A stretch of DNA of 64,000 nucleotides, taken from contig CBDFMZ010000002.1 in assembly GCA_965249865.1 (NCBI GenBank), forward strand, positions 482,845 to 546,844, in the 5' to 3' direction. This stretch comes from Acidobacteriota bacterium (GTDB lineage Bacteria; Acidobacteriota; UBA6911; RPQK01; CBDFMZ01). Shown here one piece after another: positions 30,026 through 41,231 of this stretch (position 1 is its first letter; each line of letters starts with the position of its first letter). Under the pieces are notes generated by a model, which was not told the origin of the DNA, ran no database searches, and worked only from the letters and a program-made list of their open reading frames with translations. Position numbers and translations under genes: made by a program.

Positions 30026-31320
30026 GAGCTCAAGGATTTCAGTTTCTCGAAAAATCCTGGGAAAGAGACCCTCACACAGGTCGGTTGATCCAACTCGAGT
30101 GGTTTTTCGGCAATCAGTCCGGCCATGGCAAAAGACATGGCGATTCGATGATCTCCAAAGGTCTGAACCTTCCCTCCTCGGATCTTTTGTCCCGGAGGGA
30201 TATGAAAACCATCGGGGAACTCTTCGAGCATGATTCCCAGATTTTGCAAATTGACGACGATCGAATGGATTCGGTCAGACTCTTTTTTTCGGAGCTCACC
30301 AGCGTTGCGGACCGTCAAACCTTGTTTCAACCGGGTACCGAAAATCGCTAAAGCAGGAATCTCATCAATTAGGTTGGGAACCCAGTCTGTGGAGAGTTCG
30401 GAGGGAAATTTTTCCAATGTTTCACGGCTGAAGCGAACACTAAGGTCGCATACGGGTTCGCCGTTGAAGACTCGATGACCGGTTTTTCTAACCCAGGTTC
30501 CACATTTCTCCAGCAGAGTCAGTAAGGCGGTACGCGACGGGTTCACTCCTACCTGCCGCAAGCAGATGTCGGAGTCCGGAACTAGCAGTGCTGAGAGAAG
30601 AAAATAGACGCTGGAAGAAAAATCGCCGGGGATGTGCATCTGAGCAGGCATCAAATGGACTTCACCGGTGATGGTCAACTCATCATTCTTTTTTTTCAGG
30701 GATACCCCGAAAAAAGGAAGAGCACGCTCAGTATGATCTCGCGAGGGAATCTCTTCGATCACGGTAGTCTGACCTTGAGCCATGATACCAGCCAGAAGCA
30801 CACAGGACTTCACCTGAGCACTGGCTACGGTCGGCCTATGGCGGATACCGTGCAACCGAGCTCCCGTAATCTTTAAGGGGGGATATTTTTCACGGTGGGC
30901 TTGAATTTCAGCTCCCATTTGGATGAGAGGTGTGATGATGCGTTTCATGGGGCGCTGATTCAGCGAATCGTCCCCCTCAATCGTGGAAACGAATGGACTT
31001 GAGGCTAAGAGAGCCGATAGAAGCCGGATCGTGGTTCCACTGTTTTGGGCGTCCAGAACCTCGTGGGGTTGTCGAAAGTGTTTCCATCCTGGGCTGTCGA
31101 TCGTCACCTCATTTTTGGCGCGGTTTATTTTTGCCCCGAGCGCCTGTAGGCAGTTAAGTGTAGACTGGCAGTCTTGGCTGCTGGAGAAATTGGAGATTCG
31201 AGTGCGTCCCTTCGCCAGCGCACCCAGGATGGCATAGCGATGGGAAATCGACTTGTCGCCCGGAAAGCTAATTGTCCCACGCAGGCAAGAAACGGGATAG
31301 ATCGTCAGGACTTTTTTCAT
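30022..31320 (-). CDS. aroA: EPSP synthase
   Basis: PGDKSISHR, NSGTTIRL, ASAQVKS, RDHTER, KESDRI, DHRIAM. Confidence 0.96.
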   Translation of the reverse strand: MKKVLTIYPVSCLRGTISFPGDKSISHRYAILGALAKGRTRISNFSSSQDCQSTLNCLQALGAKINRAKNEVTIDSPGWKHFRQPHEVLDAQNSGTTIRLLSALLASSPFVSTIEGDDSLNQRPMKRIITPLIQMGAEIQAHREKYPPLKITGARLHGIRHRPTVASAQVKSCVLLAGIMAQGQTTVIEEIPSRDHTERALPFFGVSLKKKNDELTITGEVHLMPAQMHIPGDFSSSVYFLLSALLVPDSDICLRQVGVNPSRTALLTLLEKCGTWVRKTGHRVFNGEPVCDLSVRFSRETLEKFPSELSTDWVPNLIDEIPALAIFGTRLKQGLTVRNAGELRKKESDRIHSIVVNLQNLGIMLEEFPDGFHIPPGQKIRGGKVQTFGDHRIAMSFAMAGLIAEKPLELDQPTCVRVSFPGFFEKLKSLSS

Positions 31321-31330
31321 TTGGCGCGGT

Positions 31331-33397
31331 TTAGACTTTTATCAAACCGCCAACTTGAAGGTCAATCTCCTTCAAATGCTTGATATTGTCCCGATACTCG
31401 GCAGCTTTTTCAAATTCAAAGCGTTGGGCGGCTTTCTTCATTTTTTCTTCCAGTTCCAGAATCGCATTTTCGATTTCTTTAGAAGAAGCATAGCGCTCAA
31501 TTTCTTCGGCCACCAGCGGGACTTTGTAATAATCCAGTTGTGTCATCTCAAGTAAGGTGGTGTCTACCGGCTTGAGAATACTTTGAGGAGTGATGCCGTG
31601 CTTATTATTATACTGCTGTTGTATTTGGCGCCGGCGCTCGGTTTCATCGATGGCTCTCGCCATGGATCGAGTCACCACATCGGCGTACATGATCACTGTA
31701 CCGTTAACATTGCGGGCAGCTCTTCCCGCCGTCTGGATTAGAGCTGTAGCGCTTCGTAAATACCCTTCTTTATCGGCATCGAGGATGGTCACAAGTGAGA
31801 CTTCAGGTAAATCCAAACCCTCTCGTAACAAGTTGATGCCGACCAGCACATCGAACCTTCCCAGTCGGAGATCGTGTAAGATTTTGACCCGGTCCAGGGT
31901 TTCGATTTCCGAGTGCAAGTAGCGAACAGTAACGCCTAACTCTGTATAATATTCCGTTAGCTCTTCAGCCATGCGTTTAGTCAGCGTTGTGATCAGGACT
32001 CTTTCCTTTCGAGCCGCTCTCTGACGAATTTCTTCGAGGAGATCGTCGATTTGGCCCTTGACTGGCCGCACCTCGATGGCGGGATCCATCAATCCGGTGG
32101 GTCGAATGATCTGTTCCACCACCTCGCCTCCACAGCGTTCCAACTCGTAAGGTCCTGGAGTGGCGGAAACGTAAATGGCCGGGGCAAAGCGGGTCTGAAA
32201 CTCAGCAAAATTCAAGGGTCGGTTGTCTAAGGCTGAAGGGAGTCGGAAGCCATACTGGACCAGATTGAGCTTGCGTGAGCGGTCCCCCTTGTACATCCCC
32301 TTGACCTGAGGAATGGTCACATGACTTTCATCGACGAAAAGGATCGCGTCCGGAGGTAGATAGTCCAAAAGCGTAGGAGGAGGCTCGCCCGGCAGCCTGC
32401 CGGTTAGATGACGAGAGTAATTCTCAATGCCCCGGCAGTAGCCAACCATCTTGATCATCTCCAAGTCGAACATTGTTCTTTGGTGGATTCGCTGTGCTTC
32501 GAATATTCGTTTCTCTTTCTCCAGTTGTCCACAAAATTCTTCCAGCTCTTCCTCGATATTTTTGATAGCTAGGTCCCATTGATGGGGAGGGATTACGTAG
32601 TGAGACTTGGGATAAATAGGAATGCGCCGATGTCTTTTGACGATTTTTCCCGTCAGTAGGTCGAACTGGTTGATCGTCTCCACTTCGTCTCCAAACAGTT
32701 CAATTCGAAGACCATAATCCTCATAAGAAGGGACGACGTCGATGACATCTCCTCGAACACGGAATGTTCCCCGAACCAGGTCAAAGTCGTTTCGTTCATA
32801 TTGAATTTCAACCAATTTTTGCAGAATCTGGTTGCGTTTGATTTGCTGCCCCTCACTGAGTATGAGCAACATTCCGTAATAGGCTTCGGGGGATCCTAAA
32901 CCATAGATGCAACTGACGCTGGCCACGATAATGCAGTCTTGGCGTTCAAAGAGTGAACGAGTAGCTGAGTGTCGTAGTCGGTCGATCTCATCATTGATCG
33001 ATGCGTCTTTCTCGATATAGGTGTTCGTGGCCGCGATATAGGCTTCCGGCTGGTAATAATCGTAATAACTGACAAAATATTCGATGGCATTGTGGGGGAA
33101 AAAATTTCTGAACTCTTGATAAAGTTGGGCCGCTAGGGTCTTATTGTGACTGAGAATGAGGGTCGGTCGGTTTAAAGCCTCGATGACTTTCGCCATGGTA
33201 AAGGTCTTACCGGAACCGGTCACACCAAGGAGGACCTGATCTTGTTTGCCCTCACCAACTCCGGCCACTAGCTCATCAATAGCCCGGGCCTGGTCCAGAC
33301 TGGGATGAAATCGGCTAACCAGCTTAAATTCACCCGAGTGGGCCAAGGCTCGGCCGTAAGCAACTCCTGAATAAGAGAATTCATTGGAATTGGACAC
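31331..33397 (-). CDS. uvrB: Excinuclease ABC subunit B
   Basis: [33 protein letters not shown]-terminal UVR domain. Confidence 0.97.
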   Translation of the reverse strand: MSNSNEFSYSGVAYGRALAHSGEFKLVSRFHPSLDQARAIDELVAGVGEGKQDQVLLGVTGSGKTFTMAKVIEALNRPTLILSHNKTLAAQLYQEFRNFFPHNAIEYFVSYYDYYQPEAYIAATNTYIEKDASINDEIDRLRHSATRSLFERQDCIIVASVSCIYGLGSPEAYYGMLLILSEGQQIKRNQILQKLVEIQYERNDFDLVRGTFRVRGDVIDVVPSYEDYGLRIELFGDEVETINQFDLLTGKIVKRHRRIPIYPKSHYVIPPHQWDLAIKNIEEELEEFCGQLEKEKRIFEAQRIHQRTMFDLEMIKMVGYCRGIENYSRHLTGRLPGEPPPTLLDYLPPDAILFVDESHVTIPQVKGMYKGDRSRKLNLVQYGFRLPSALDNRPLNFAEFQTRFAPAIYVSATPGPYELERCGGEVVEQIIRPTGLMDPAIEVRPVKGQIDDLLEEIRQRAARKERVLITTLTKRMAEELTEYYTELGVTVRYLHSEIETLDRVKILHDLRLGRFDVLVGINLLREGLDLPEVSLVTILDADKEGYLRSATALIQTAGRAARNVNGTVIMYADVVTRSMARAIDETERRRQIQQQYNNKHGITPQSILKPVDTTLLEMTQLDYYKVPLVAEEIERYASSKEIENAILELEEKMKKAAQRFEFEKAAEYRDNIKHLKEIDLQVGGLIKV

Positions 33398-33447
33398 GAT
33401 CTATTCATTATAAGGACCAGACGAGCTGGGAACAAAATCGTTGACCA

Positions 33448-33525
33448 AGTGTCTCGTTTTCCAAATACAATAGAGGTTGGTGGCGAAGTGACGTTGAGGC
33501 AGAGCTGACGTATTCATGAACCAGC
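33448..33525. mobile_element. Degenerate MITE-like family A copy
   Basis: AAGTGTCTCGTTTTCCAAATAC..GTTGGTGGCGAAGTGA ... GACGTATTCATGAACC resembles both arms. Confidence 0.4.
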
Positions 33526-33778
33526 CTACCAGCACGCGGTTTCACACCATGGCCTTGATCGGTAGTCACTGGCTGTGTGCTAAACTGGGAGAAATGAGTG
33601 GCAGCCTTTGTCCTAACTGTGGTCGCCTTTTAATGGAGCGTCGCTGTAAGCTCTTCTGTCCTTGTTGTCGCTATGTAGAAACTTGAAATGACCTAGGTCT
33701 GCCGGTCCTGGTAGCACCACCCACTGAGCCAGCAGAGGAAAAGGAGAAAAGGCTCCAGATACAGTATGTTCTCCCCCA

Positions 33779-34174
33779 ATGACCAGAAGAGATGTGCGTG
33801 GTGACCAGAGGGGAGTGTGTGGTGTTGAAAAGTACGCTTGTCTAGTCCTAGTCTTGTTAGCGTTCAGTTTCATTTTTATTACTCTCCGCCTGATCCCCGT
33901 TGATCCTGGGCTGAATTTGAAGAGGATCATCGACAGAGCAGCGCTTCACTGTTGGTCGGATCAGCTAATTGAGCAACAGGTGCTGTGCTGGCTCAGGTTT
34001 TAACTTTTCAGTTCTCCCCAGGCGCGCGGTGTTCATATCACTCGTTCCTCCCTTGACCAGGGAGACCGCAAACTAGCGCTCGATGTGACCTACCGAAAAG
34101 CAGTGCAGCTCCCCGGTTATATTCACACCTTTAAGTTCAGGTCTACGGTGGTAACTTTCATGGAAGAGCTGTAA
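33779..34174 (+). pseudogene. Hypothetical single-TM protein with an internal TAA (DUF4845-like, tentative)
   Basis: Frame continues past TAA 34001-34003 to LDVTYRKAVQLPGYIHTFKF...EEL*. Confidence 0.4.
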
Positions 34175-34530
34175 GAGTGAGTTCAGGGTTGCTAGAAAGC
34201 AGTGGTCAGGATCCGAAGATGGAAATGAAAAAGCCTTTTAGATCTAGATGATGAATAATCTGGGGGAAGGCTCGCCATCCATGTCGGGTTTGGGGTCGTG
34301 GTAAAAACTAGTGTTGTTTGCTAAAGTTTGTACCGTGCAAGGCACCTTGGGTACGATCAGGGTTAAGACCGGGTCATTCGGGGCGCCGATGGATGCAGGG
34401 AGGCCATCAAGACAATGATGCCTATCTATAGGGTTGGCGAGGTGGGTTCAAAGAGCGGGGAGAAGACGATTTCAATGTGTCTTGTCGACTCTCCTGGGAA
34501 CCGAATTCAGCTTCATGGTGTGGTGAAAAC

Positions 34531-35517
34531 ATGACTATCCTGGTGACGGGTGGAGCCGGTTTCATCGGAAGCCACCTGTGCGAGTCGTTGCTCAAGCAGG
34601 GTCAAGAGGTGTTGTGTCTAGACAACCTGTTTTGCAGTTCTAAGAACAATATTTACCCCTTTCTGCAAAATTCCTCTTTCGAGTTTATTCGGCATGACAT
34701 CACCCAGCCCATCTTGCTGGAGGTGGATCAAATCTACAACCTCGCCTGTCCGGCTTCCCCTGTTCATTACCAGTACAATCCAGTCAAGACAGTCAAGACC
34801 AATGTTCTGGGGACCATTAACATGCTGGGCATGGCCAAGCGGGTGAAAGCTCGAATCTTACAGGCCAGCACTTCGGAGGTTTACGGGGATCCCCAGGTCC
34901 ACCCCCAAAGGGAAGATTACTGGGGGAACGTCAATCCCATAGGTCTTCGCAGCTGCTATGACGAAGGAAAGCGTCTGGCCGAAACGCTGGTAATGGACTA
35001 CCACCGTCAAAATCAGGTCGACGTGCGGATTGCTCGGATCTTCAATACCTATGGTCCTCGAATGTCGGAATTCGATGGGCGTGTAGTCAGTAACTTTATT
35101 ACCCAAGCACTAAAAGGCGAGCCTTTGAGTGTTTACGGTGATGGTTCCCAGAGTCGATCTTTCTGCTATATCTCGGACCTCGTCCGAGGATTGGAGAAGT
35201 TGATGACTAAGGAAGGAACTACGGGTCCTGTCAACCTTGGCAATGCTGCTGAGTATAGCATTCTTGCTCTAGCCGAATTGGTCCGGGAGCTCACGGGAAC
35301 TCGGTCGGAGATCAGATTTAAAGCACTTCCCGAGGATGATCCGATCAGGCGAAGGCCGGACACTTCTGTGGCGCGAGAAGTTTTGCAGTGGTGTCCTGAG
35401 GTAGAGTTGAAGGAAGGATTGAAACGCACGATTGATTATTTTGATGCTCTGCTACGTCAAGAAGGGCAACATGAGAAGGGGAAGACGTCCTACCCGCGTT
35501 CTGGGAAGGATTCATGA
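34531..35517 (+). CDS. UDP-glucuronate decarboxylase (UXS-like extended SDR)
   Basis: [44 protein letters not shown]. Confidence 0.92.
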   Translation: MTILVTGGAGFIGSHLCESLLKQGQEVLCLDNLFCSSKNNIYPFLQNSSFEFIRHDITQPILLEVDQIYNLACPASPVHYQYNPVKTVKTNVLGTINMLGMAKRVKARILQASTSEVYGDPQVHPQREDYWGNVNPIGLRSCYDEGKRLAETLVMDYHRQNQVDVRIARIFNTYGPRMSEFDGRVVSNFITQALKGEPLSVYGDGSQSRSFCYISDLVRGLEKLMTKEGTTGPVNLGNAAEYSILALAELVRELTGTRSEIRFKALPEDDPIRRRPDTSVAREVLQWCPEVELKEGLKRTIDYFDALLRQEGQHEKGKTSYPRSGKDS

Positions 35518-35559
35518 CCCGGTCAAATCAGTGGTTCGATTCCGGAATATCGTGACAAT

Positions 35560-35683
35560 GGCTGCGAGCGATCTCTTTGTTGCTCGTCGTCGACCATGCT
35601 CTGGAATCGGCCGTTCCTCGCTTCACGATTTCGCCTCACAGGCCCCATCGATGATCTTTAAGCTATGTCGGGAACAAACTACT
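35560..35683. mobile_element. Degenerate family A-related repeat
   Basis: CCTCACAGGCCCCATC is the exact reverse complement of GATGGGGCCTGTGAGG near 48296; GATCTCTTTGT shared with the 22739 copy. Confidence 0.5.
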
Positions 35684-35770
35684 AGTAGCCCGTTGTAAAA
35701 GTCGCGTGAAATGGTGTGCCAGGCATCTGTGGTATTTGACAAAGTACGAGGAGGAGTCAATGCCGGATGT
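35684..35770. mobile_element. MITE-like family B partial copy
   Basis: AGTAGCCCGTTGTAAAAGTC..GTGCCAGGCATCTG..ACGAGGAGGAGTCAATGCCGG aligns by eye with 46408-46495. Confidence 0.65.
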
Positions 35771-35831
35771 GTTAAAATACTCCCGGTTGGACCTGGACGG
35801 TAAGCCTGACTAGAAGGCTTTTCGCTTACTT

Positions 35832-36185
35832 ATGCTGGCATATATTCCAATTCTGCTCTTTATCGTGGTAGCAGCCTTGTTGCCAATCGTAGGGTTGTCG
35901 ATTGGAAAGCTGTTGCGACCCTACAAACCCCACGCCAGTAAACTGATGCCTTACGAGTGCGGAATTGATCCGGTAGGTGATGCCCGAGAGCGTTTTTCTG
36001 TTCGCTTCTATATTATCGCCATACTTTTCGTCATCTTTGATGTAGAGACCGTTTTCCTCTTTCCCTGGGCAATCATCTATGATCAGCTCGCTCTTTTCGG
36101 TTTCATCGAAATGCTGGTTTTTCTAGGTATTTTAATCGTCGGGTATTTTTATGTGTGGAAGAAGGGAGCTTTAGAGTGGGAGTAG
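35832..36185 (+). CDS. nuoA: NADH-quinone oxidoreductase subunit A
   Basis: PYECG, FVIFDVE, LFPWA, KGALEW. Confidence 0.95.
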   Translation: MLAYIPILLFIVVAALLPIVGLSIGKLLRPYKPHASKLMPYECGIDPVGDARERFSVRFYIIAILFVIFDVETVFLFPWAIIYDQLALFGFIEMLVFLGILIVGYFYVWKKGALEWE

Positions 36186-36661
36186 AGCAGACTGTTGGGG
36201 AAAAAAATATCGTTACCACGACCGTAGATTCGCTTTTCAACTGGGCCCGAAAATCTTCTCTCTGGCCTATGACCTTCGGGTTAGCTTGCTGCGCTATCGA
36301 AATGATGGCGACGGGGGCTTCCCGTTTCGACATGGACCGTTTTGGCGCTGGTATTTTCCGACCTTCTCCGCGGCAGTCCGATCTCATCATCGTTGCCGGG
36401 ACGGTTACCCTGAAAATGGCCGAAGTGATTCAGCGACTTTATGATCAGATGCCTGATCCCAAGTGGGTCATCTCGATGGGCGCATGTTCAAGCGTTGGAG
36501 GACCCTTTGACACTTATTCGACTCTGCAAGGGGTGGACAAGGTGATTCCCGTAGACGTCTACATTCCCGGTTGCCCCCCCCGGCCCGAGGCACTGCTTTA
36601 CGGCTTAATGCGGCTGCAGGACAAAATCGACCAGATGACTATTACTGAAGAGAAGGGATAG
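36176..36661 (+). CDS. nuoB: NADH-quinone oxidoreductase subunit B
   Basis: [31 protein letters not shown]. Confidence 0.95.
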   Translation: MGVEQTVGEKNIVTTTVDSLFNWARKSSLWPMTFGLACCAIEMMATGASRFDMDRFGAGIFRPSPRQSDLIIVAGTVTLKMAEVIQRLYDQMPDPKWVISMGACSSVGGPFDTYSTLQGVDKVIPVDVYIPGCPPRPEALLYGLMRLQDKIDQMTITEEKG

Positions 36662-36726
36662 GACAGGGGACGTGCCCGACGGATGGGCTGAGGCGATCAG
36701 AGAGTCTGAGAACCTCAGAGTGAGGA

Positions 36727-37425
36727 ATGGACGAAGAAAGAAAATCGAAACGGGAAAATACAGGCAAACTGGACAAAGGTGATCCTGGTAAGCCGCAACC
36801 CGAAGCGGGTAGCCAGCCCGTCGAAAAGAACCCGAAAAAGGCTGAAGGTGATACCCCTTCTGCCCAAAACCGCCCTTCACCTCGCAAGAAACCGCTCAAA
36901 AAAGGAGCTGTTTACGAAGAAATGGACGGGGACTCCTTGCTGAATCGGCTTCAAGAGAACTTTCCAGAATACGTCCTTTCCGGCCAGATTTGTTTAGGTC
37001 AGCCCATCTACACGGTAGCTCTCGAAGCGCTTTACGAAATCATGGTTTATCTGAGAGATAGTCCGCAGTGGGGTTTCAATTACCTAGTCGATGTGACAGC
37101 GCTTGATTATCTAGGGGATCCGAAGCGGTTCTGCATCCTCTACCATCTTTATTCTTACACGACCGGAGAGCTCATTCGGGTGAAATCAGCTGTTGGGGAA
37201 GAGGAGGTCGTACCCTCGGTAAGCTCCATCTGGAAGGGGGCTGTGTGGTTGGAGCGTGAGGTTTACGATATGTTTGGTCTGGAGTTTTCAGGACACCCGG
37301 ATCTCAGGCGCATTTTGTTGCCTGAAGACTGGCACGGTCACCCGCTGCGCAAGGACTACGATATCAAACTACAGGACCAAGTTTGGATTAAAAAGCATTT
37401 GCGAATCAGTAAGATCCCAACCTAG
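36727..37425 (+). CDS. nuoC: NADH-quinone oxidoreductase subunit C with an N-terminal extension
   Basis: [31 protein letters not shown]. Confidence 0.93.
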   Translation: MDEERKSKRENTGKLDKGDPGKPQPEAGSQPVEKNPKKAEGDTPSAQNRPSPRKKPLKKGAVYEEMDGDSLLNRLQENFPEYVLSGQICLGQPIYTVALEALYEIMVYLRDSPQWGFNYLVDVTALDYLGDPKRFCILYHLYSYTTGELIRVKSAVGEEEVVPSVSSIWKGAVWLEREVYDMFGLEFSGHPDLRRILLPEDWHGHPLRKDYDIKLQDQVWIKKHLRISKIPT

Positions 37426-37429
37426 GTGC

Positions 37430-38542
37430 ATGGAAGAAACTACCGTACTGGATACCAAAGAACTCCAAATTAACATGGGGCCTCAGCACCCATCGACGCA
37501 CGGGGTTCTGAGAATCAAGTTAAAATTGGATGGAGAACGGGTCACGGATGCTGAGTGCATCATTGGATACTTGCACCGCGGCGTGGAGAAGATCAGCGAA
37601 AACCGTTCTTACGTTAAGTGTGTTCCCTATTACGACCGCACGGATTATATTGCCGCCGTTTCCAACGGATATGGATTCGTGCTGGGCGTGGAGAAGTTGA
37701 TGGGAACCGAGGTTCCTCCCCGAGCCCAATACATCCGAATCATGATGACCGAATTCAACCGGATTTCCAGCCATCTTCTGTGGCTCGCCACGCATGCGCT
37801 GGATATTGGAGCGATGACGGTCTTTCTTTATTGTTTCCGTGAGCGTGAGGAAATCCTGAAGCTTTTTGAGGCGCTCTTTGGAGCGAGGTTGACCACTCAT
37901 GCCTTTCGAGTGGGTGGGTTGTGGATGGATCTGCCAGCTGGATTTGAGGAGGCGGCACGCCGGTTCATCGACGTCCTTCCTTATCGTCTGGATGAATACG
38001 AACAATTGTTAACGAACAACCGGATTTGGATGGATCGGACCAAGGGGGTGGGTGTCATTTCCGCTGAAAAGGCAATTGAGTACGGGCTCAGCGGTCCTCC
38101 CTTGCGCGGTTCCCGGGTCTCCTACGACTTACGAAGGGCACGGCCTTACGGAGGCTACGAGCAGATGGAGTTTGACGTCCCAGTCGGTGAGCATGGCGAT
38201 ACTTATGATCGTTATCTGGTGCGGCTGGAGGAAATGCGGCAGAGCCGGCGCATCATTCAACAAGTTTTGGATCAACTACCCGGAGGACCAATTCGCGGCA
38301 AGGTGCCTCGAATCGTCAAGCCGCCACTGGGTGAATATTATTCCGCTGTGGAAGGACCGCGGGGTGAGTTGGGTTACTACATAGTCAGCGATGGATCGGC
38401 TCAGCCTTTCCGGGTCCGGATCCGTCCACCTACCTTTATCAGCTTGCAGGCGCTGCGTGAAATGGTCAAAGGTCATTTGGTGGCTGACGTGGTGGCCATC
38501 ATTGGGACTCTTGATATCGTTCTGGGAGAAGTGGATCGATGA
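37430..38542 (+). CDS. nuoD: NADH-quinone oxidoreductase subunit D
   Basis: [38 protein letters not shown]. Confidence 0.95.
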   Translation: MEETTVLDTKELQINMGPQHPSTHGVLRIKLKLDGERVTDAECIIGYLHRGVEKISENRSYVKCVPYYDRTDYIAAVSNGYGFVLGVEKLMGTEVPPRAQYIRIMMTEFNRISSHLLWLATHALDIGAMTVFLYCFREREEILKLFEALFGARLTTHAFRVGGLWMDLPAGFEEAARRFIDVLPYRLDEYEQLLTNNRIWMDRTKGVGVISAEKAIEYGLSGPPLRGSRVSYDLRRARPYGGYEQMEFDVPVGEHGDTYDRYLVRLEEMRQSRRIIQQVLDQLPGGPIRGKVPRIVKPPLGEYYSAVEGPRGELGYYIVSDGSAQPFRVRIRPPTFISLQALREMVKGHLVADVVAIIGTLDIVLGEVDR

Positions 38543-39639
38543 CGGAAGTCTTGCTCATCTACGCCATTATTCCCTTTATCAAGATCGCCATAATTGTTCT
38601 CATTCTATCTGGAGCGATCGCTTATCTCACCCTGCTCGAGCGGAAGTTGATTGCCCATATGCAAGTACGTCTGGGGCCCATGCGGGTGGGATGGCACGGG
38701 TTACTTCAGCCTATTGCCGATGGTTTGAAGTTTATCCTGAAAGAAGACATTGTCCCCTCTAAAGCCGATACCCTGATCTTTACGTTGGCTCCCATTATTT
38801 CTCTCATTCCGGCTTTCGTGGTCTTTTCGGTGGTGCCCTTTGGCCCTCCGGGGATGTTCCAAGACATTTTGCGCTGGAGTCTGAGTGGGTTTCTTGATAC
38901 GGCCATAGTTGAATCGGTAGTGCAGTCGAGCATTGCCTCCGGTGGGTTTGTGACGGACATCAATATAGCTCTGCTCTTTGTCTTGTCAGTTTCTTCTGTG
39001 GGCATCTTGGGAATTATCCTGGGGGGGTGGGCCTCCAATAGCAAATATCCCTTACTGGGGGCACTTCGATCTTCAGCCCAAATGGTGAGCTACGAGGTCG
39101 CCTTGGGATTCTCGATTATCGGAGTTTTACTGGTGGCGCGCTCGTTGAGCTTGGTTGAGATTGTGGAAAAACAACAGCAGGATCAGTATTGGTACGTCTT
39201 TGTTCAACCTGTAGCGTTTCTATTGTTCCTGATCTGCGGAATGGCCGAGACCAATCGTTTACCCTTTGACTTACCTGAAGCCGAGACGGAATTGGTGGGA
39301 GGATTCCATACTGAATACAGCGGATTTCGATTTTCCCTTTACTTCATGGCCGAGTATGCCAACATGATTACGGTCGCGGCGATAGCGGTGACCTTGTTTT
39401 GGGGAGGATGGCTGAGGCCTTTTCCTAATATCGAGTGGTTGGATTTTTTAGCTGTAATTCCTCCGGTGGTATGGTTTTTGGTCAAGGTATTTGTTGTTCT
39501 TTATATCTTCATCTGGGTGAGGGGAACTCTTCCTCGTTTTCGTTTTGATCAACTTATGCGATATGGATGGAAGGTGTTTCTTCCGGTGGCCATGGGGAAC
39601 GTTTTGATTACGGCCGGGATCTTACTAAAGTTCATATGA
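38539..39639 (+). CDS. nuoH: NADH-quinone oxidoreductase subunit H
   Basis: [41 protein letters not shown]. Confidence 0.96.
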   Translation: MTEVLLIYAIIPFIKIAIIVLILSGAIAYLTLLERKLIAHMQVRLGPMRVGWHGLLQPIADGLKFILKEDIVPSKADTLIFTLAPIISLIPAFVVFSVVPFGPPGMFQDILRWSLSGFLDTAIVESVVQSSIASGGFVTDINIALLFVLSVSSVGILGIILGGWASNSKYPLLGALRSSAQMVSYEVALGFSIIGVLLVARSLSLVEIVEKQQQDQYWYVFVQPVAFLLFLICGMAETNRLPFDLPEAETELVGGFHTEYSGFRFSLYFMAEYANMITVAAIAVTLFWGGWLRPFPNIEWLDFLAVIPPVVWFLVKVFVVLYIFIWVRGTLPRFRFDQLMRYGWKVFLPVAMGNVLITAGILLKFI

Positions 39640-39676
39640 GTTTGTGTTTAGGCACGAACCGAAGGATAAAGCACCA

Positions 39677-40141
39677 ATGCTTAATTTTTTGAAACGAATC
39701 TTTCTGGTCGATATTCTCAAGGGTATGGCCGTGACGCTACGTTATACCTATACGAAAGTGTATACGGAACAGTACCCTATCGAGAAAGTTAAGTTGGCCG
39801 AAAGATATCGAGGTGCGCCACGTCTTAACAACGATCCCGAGACCGGAGAGACTCTATGCATTGCTTGTGATCTTTGCGCACTGATCTGTCCAGAAGATCT
39901 GATTGTGGTGGGCTCTGAACGAGATCCAGAGACTCGAAAAAAGGTATTGACGACTTATACGTTCGACACTTCACGCTGTCTTTTCTGTGGCTTGTGTCAG
40001 GAGGTTTGCCCCACAAATGCCGTCGAGTTGACCCAGGATTTCGAGTTAGCGTCCTACAACCGGAGAGATATGTTGTGGGATCGAGACCGGTTGGAAAAGG
40101 GCTGGGACCGGATTGAATACGGGAAAAATTATCATCGATAA
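39677..40141 (+). CDS. nuoI: NADH-quinone oxidoreductase subunit I
   Basis: Two CxxCxxCxxxCP ferredoxin motifs. Confidence 0.95.
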   Translation: MLNFLKRIFLVDILKGMAVTLRYTYTKVYTEQYPIEKVKLAERYRGAPRLNNDPETGETLCIACDLCALICPEDLIVVGSERDPETRKKVLTTYTFDTSRCLFCGLCQEVCPTNAVELTQDFELASYNRRDMLWDRDRLEKGWDRIEYGKNYHR

Positions 40142-40144
40142 CTA

Positions 40145-40262
40145 AGTACTTGGTTTTATAAATATCTTGACGTTCGCTGAGGATATGGCGAGGTGAGGTC
40201 GCGACGAAAGAAGGATTCGAGCCGTCGCCACAAACATGAACGTATTGATGAAACCGAGTACT
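40145..40262. mobile_element. MITE-like family A short copy (118 bp) inside the nuo operon
   Basis: AGTACTTGGTTTTATAAATA ... TATTGATGAAACCGAGTACT near-perfect TIRs. Confidence 0.85.
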
Positions 40263-40284
40263 GAACAAGGGCCTTGGAAAGGCT

Positions 40285-40791
40285 ATGGAAGCTTATCTCT
40301 TTTACACGCTAGCGACGATACTGATTACTTTCTCCATTCTAACCGTAACCGCACGAAACCCCGTACGAAGTGCTGTGTATTTGGTCTCAGCCCTATTGGC
40401 TGTGGCTGGACTTTTTTTCCTTCTGACAGCTGAATTTGTAGGTGCTGTACAGATTCTAGTGTACGTAGGAGGGATAATGGTCCTGTTTCTTTTTGTGATC
40501 ATGCTGGTGAGCGTTCGAGAGATGGAGGAACAGAGAAAGGTCAATCGTCAATGGAAAACGGCAGTGGTCCTCGCCCTGGTTCTATTTGGTGAGTTGGTTC
40601 TTTTTTTGACCCAAGGGGCAGCCATCTTTCAGACCGACAGCGGTGATAAGATCCTGCAGACACAAACTTTGAACACCGAGTCTGTGGGGGTCGTGCTCTA
40701 CAGCAGCTTCCTTTTACCCTTTGAGATCGCTTCGGTAGTCTTGTTGGTGGCTATGATCGGGGCAGTTGTTTTGTCGAAAAAACGACTTTAA
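40285..40791 (+). CDS. nuoJ: NADH-quinone oxidoreductase subunit J
   Basis: [33 protein letters not shown]. Confidence 0.95.
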   Translation: MEAYLFYTLATILITFSILTVTARNPVRSAVYLVSALLAVAGLFFLLTAEFVGAVQILVYVGGIMVLFLFVIMLVSVREMEEQRKVNRQWKTAVVLALVLFGELVLFLTQGAAIFQTDSGDKILQTQTLNTESVGVVLYSSFLLPFEIASVVLLVAMIGAVVLSKKRL

Positions 40792-40802
40792 CGAGTGGTG
40801 GG

Positions 40803-41105
40803 ATGATCGAGACGACACACTACCTAGTTCTAAGTGCGGTGGTGTTCACCATAGGTGTCGTAGGAGTGTTGACGCGGCGCAACGTCATCATCATCTTGAT
40901 GTCGATCGAGCTCATGTTCAATTCGGTAAACCTAAACCTTGTAGCATTTTCCGAGAGGCTTCAAAACTTTACAGGCCAAGTCTTCGCGATATTTGTTATT
41001 ACGGTAGCGGCGGCGGAGGCGGCTGTCGGCCTGGGTATTGTCATTGCCTTGTTTCGAAACAAGGAAACGGTGAATGTGGACGAGATCGACATGATGAAAG
41101 GGTAG
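40803..41105 (+). CDS. nuoK: NADH-quinone oxidoreductase subunit K
   Basis: [17 protein letters not shown]. Confidence 0.96.
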   Translation: MIETTHYLVLSAVVFTIGVVGVLTRRNVIIILMSIELMFNSVNLNLVAFSERLQNFTGQVFAIFVITVAAAEAAVGLGIVIALFRNKETVNVDEIDMMKG

Positions 41106-41231
41106 CCAGGCAGAGCGGAGAATACACACGCAAAACAGGTGAATCGGAAGCTGGTCGTCCTGGTCTTCCTTCGACGGCCTGCGTAGATACAGAGAGTGTA
41201 GACATCCAGTACAGGAAAACCACCCAAAGTC

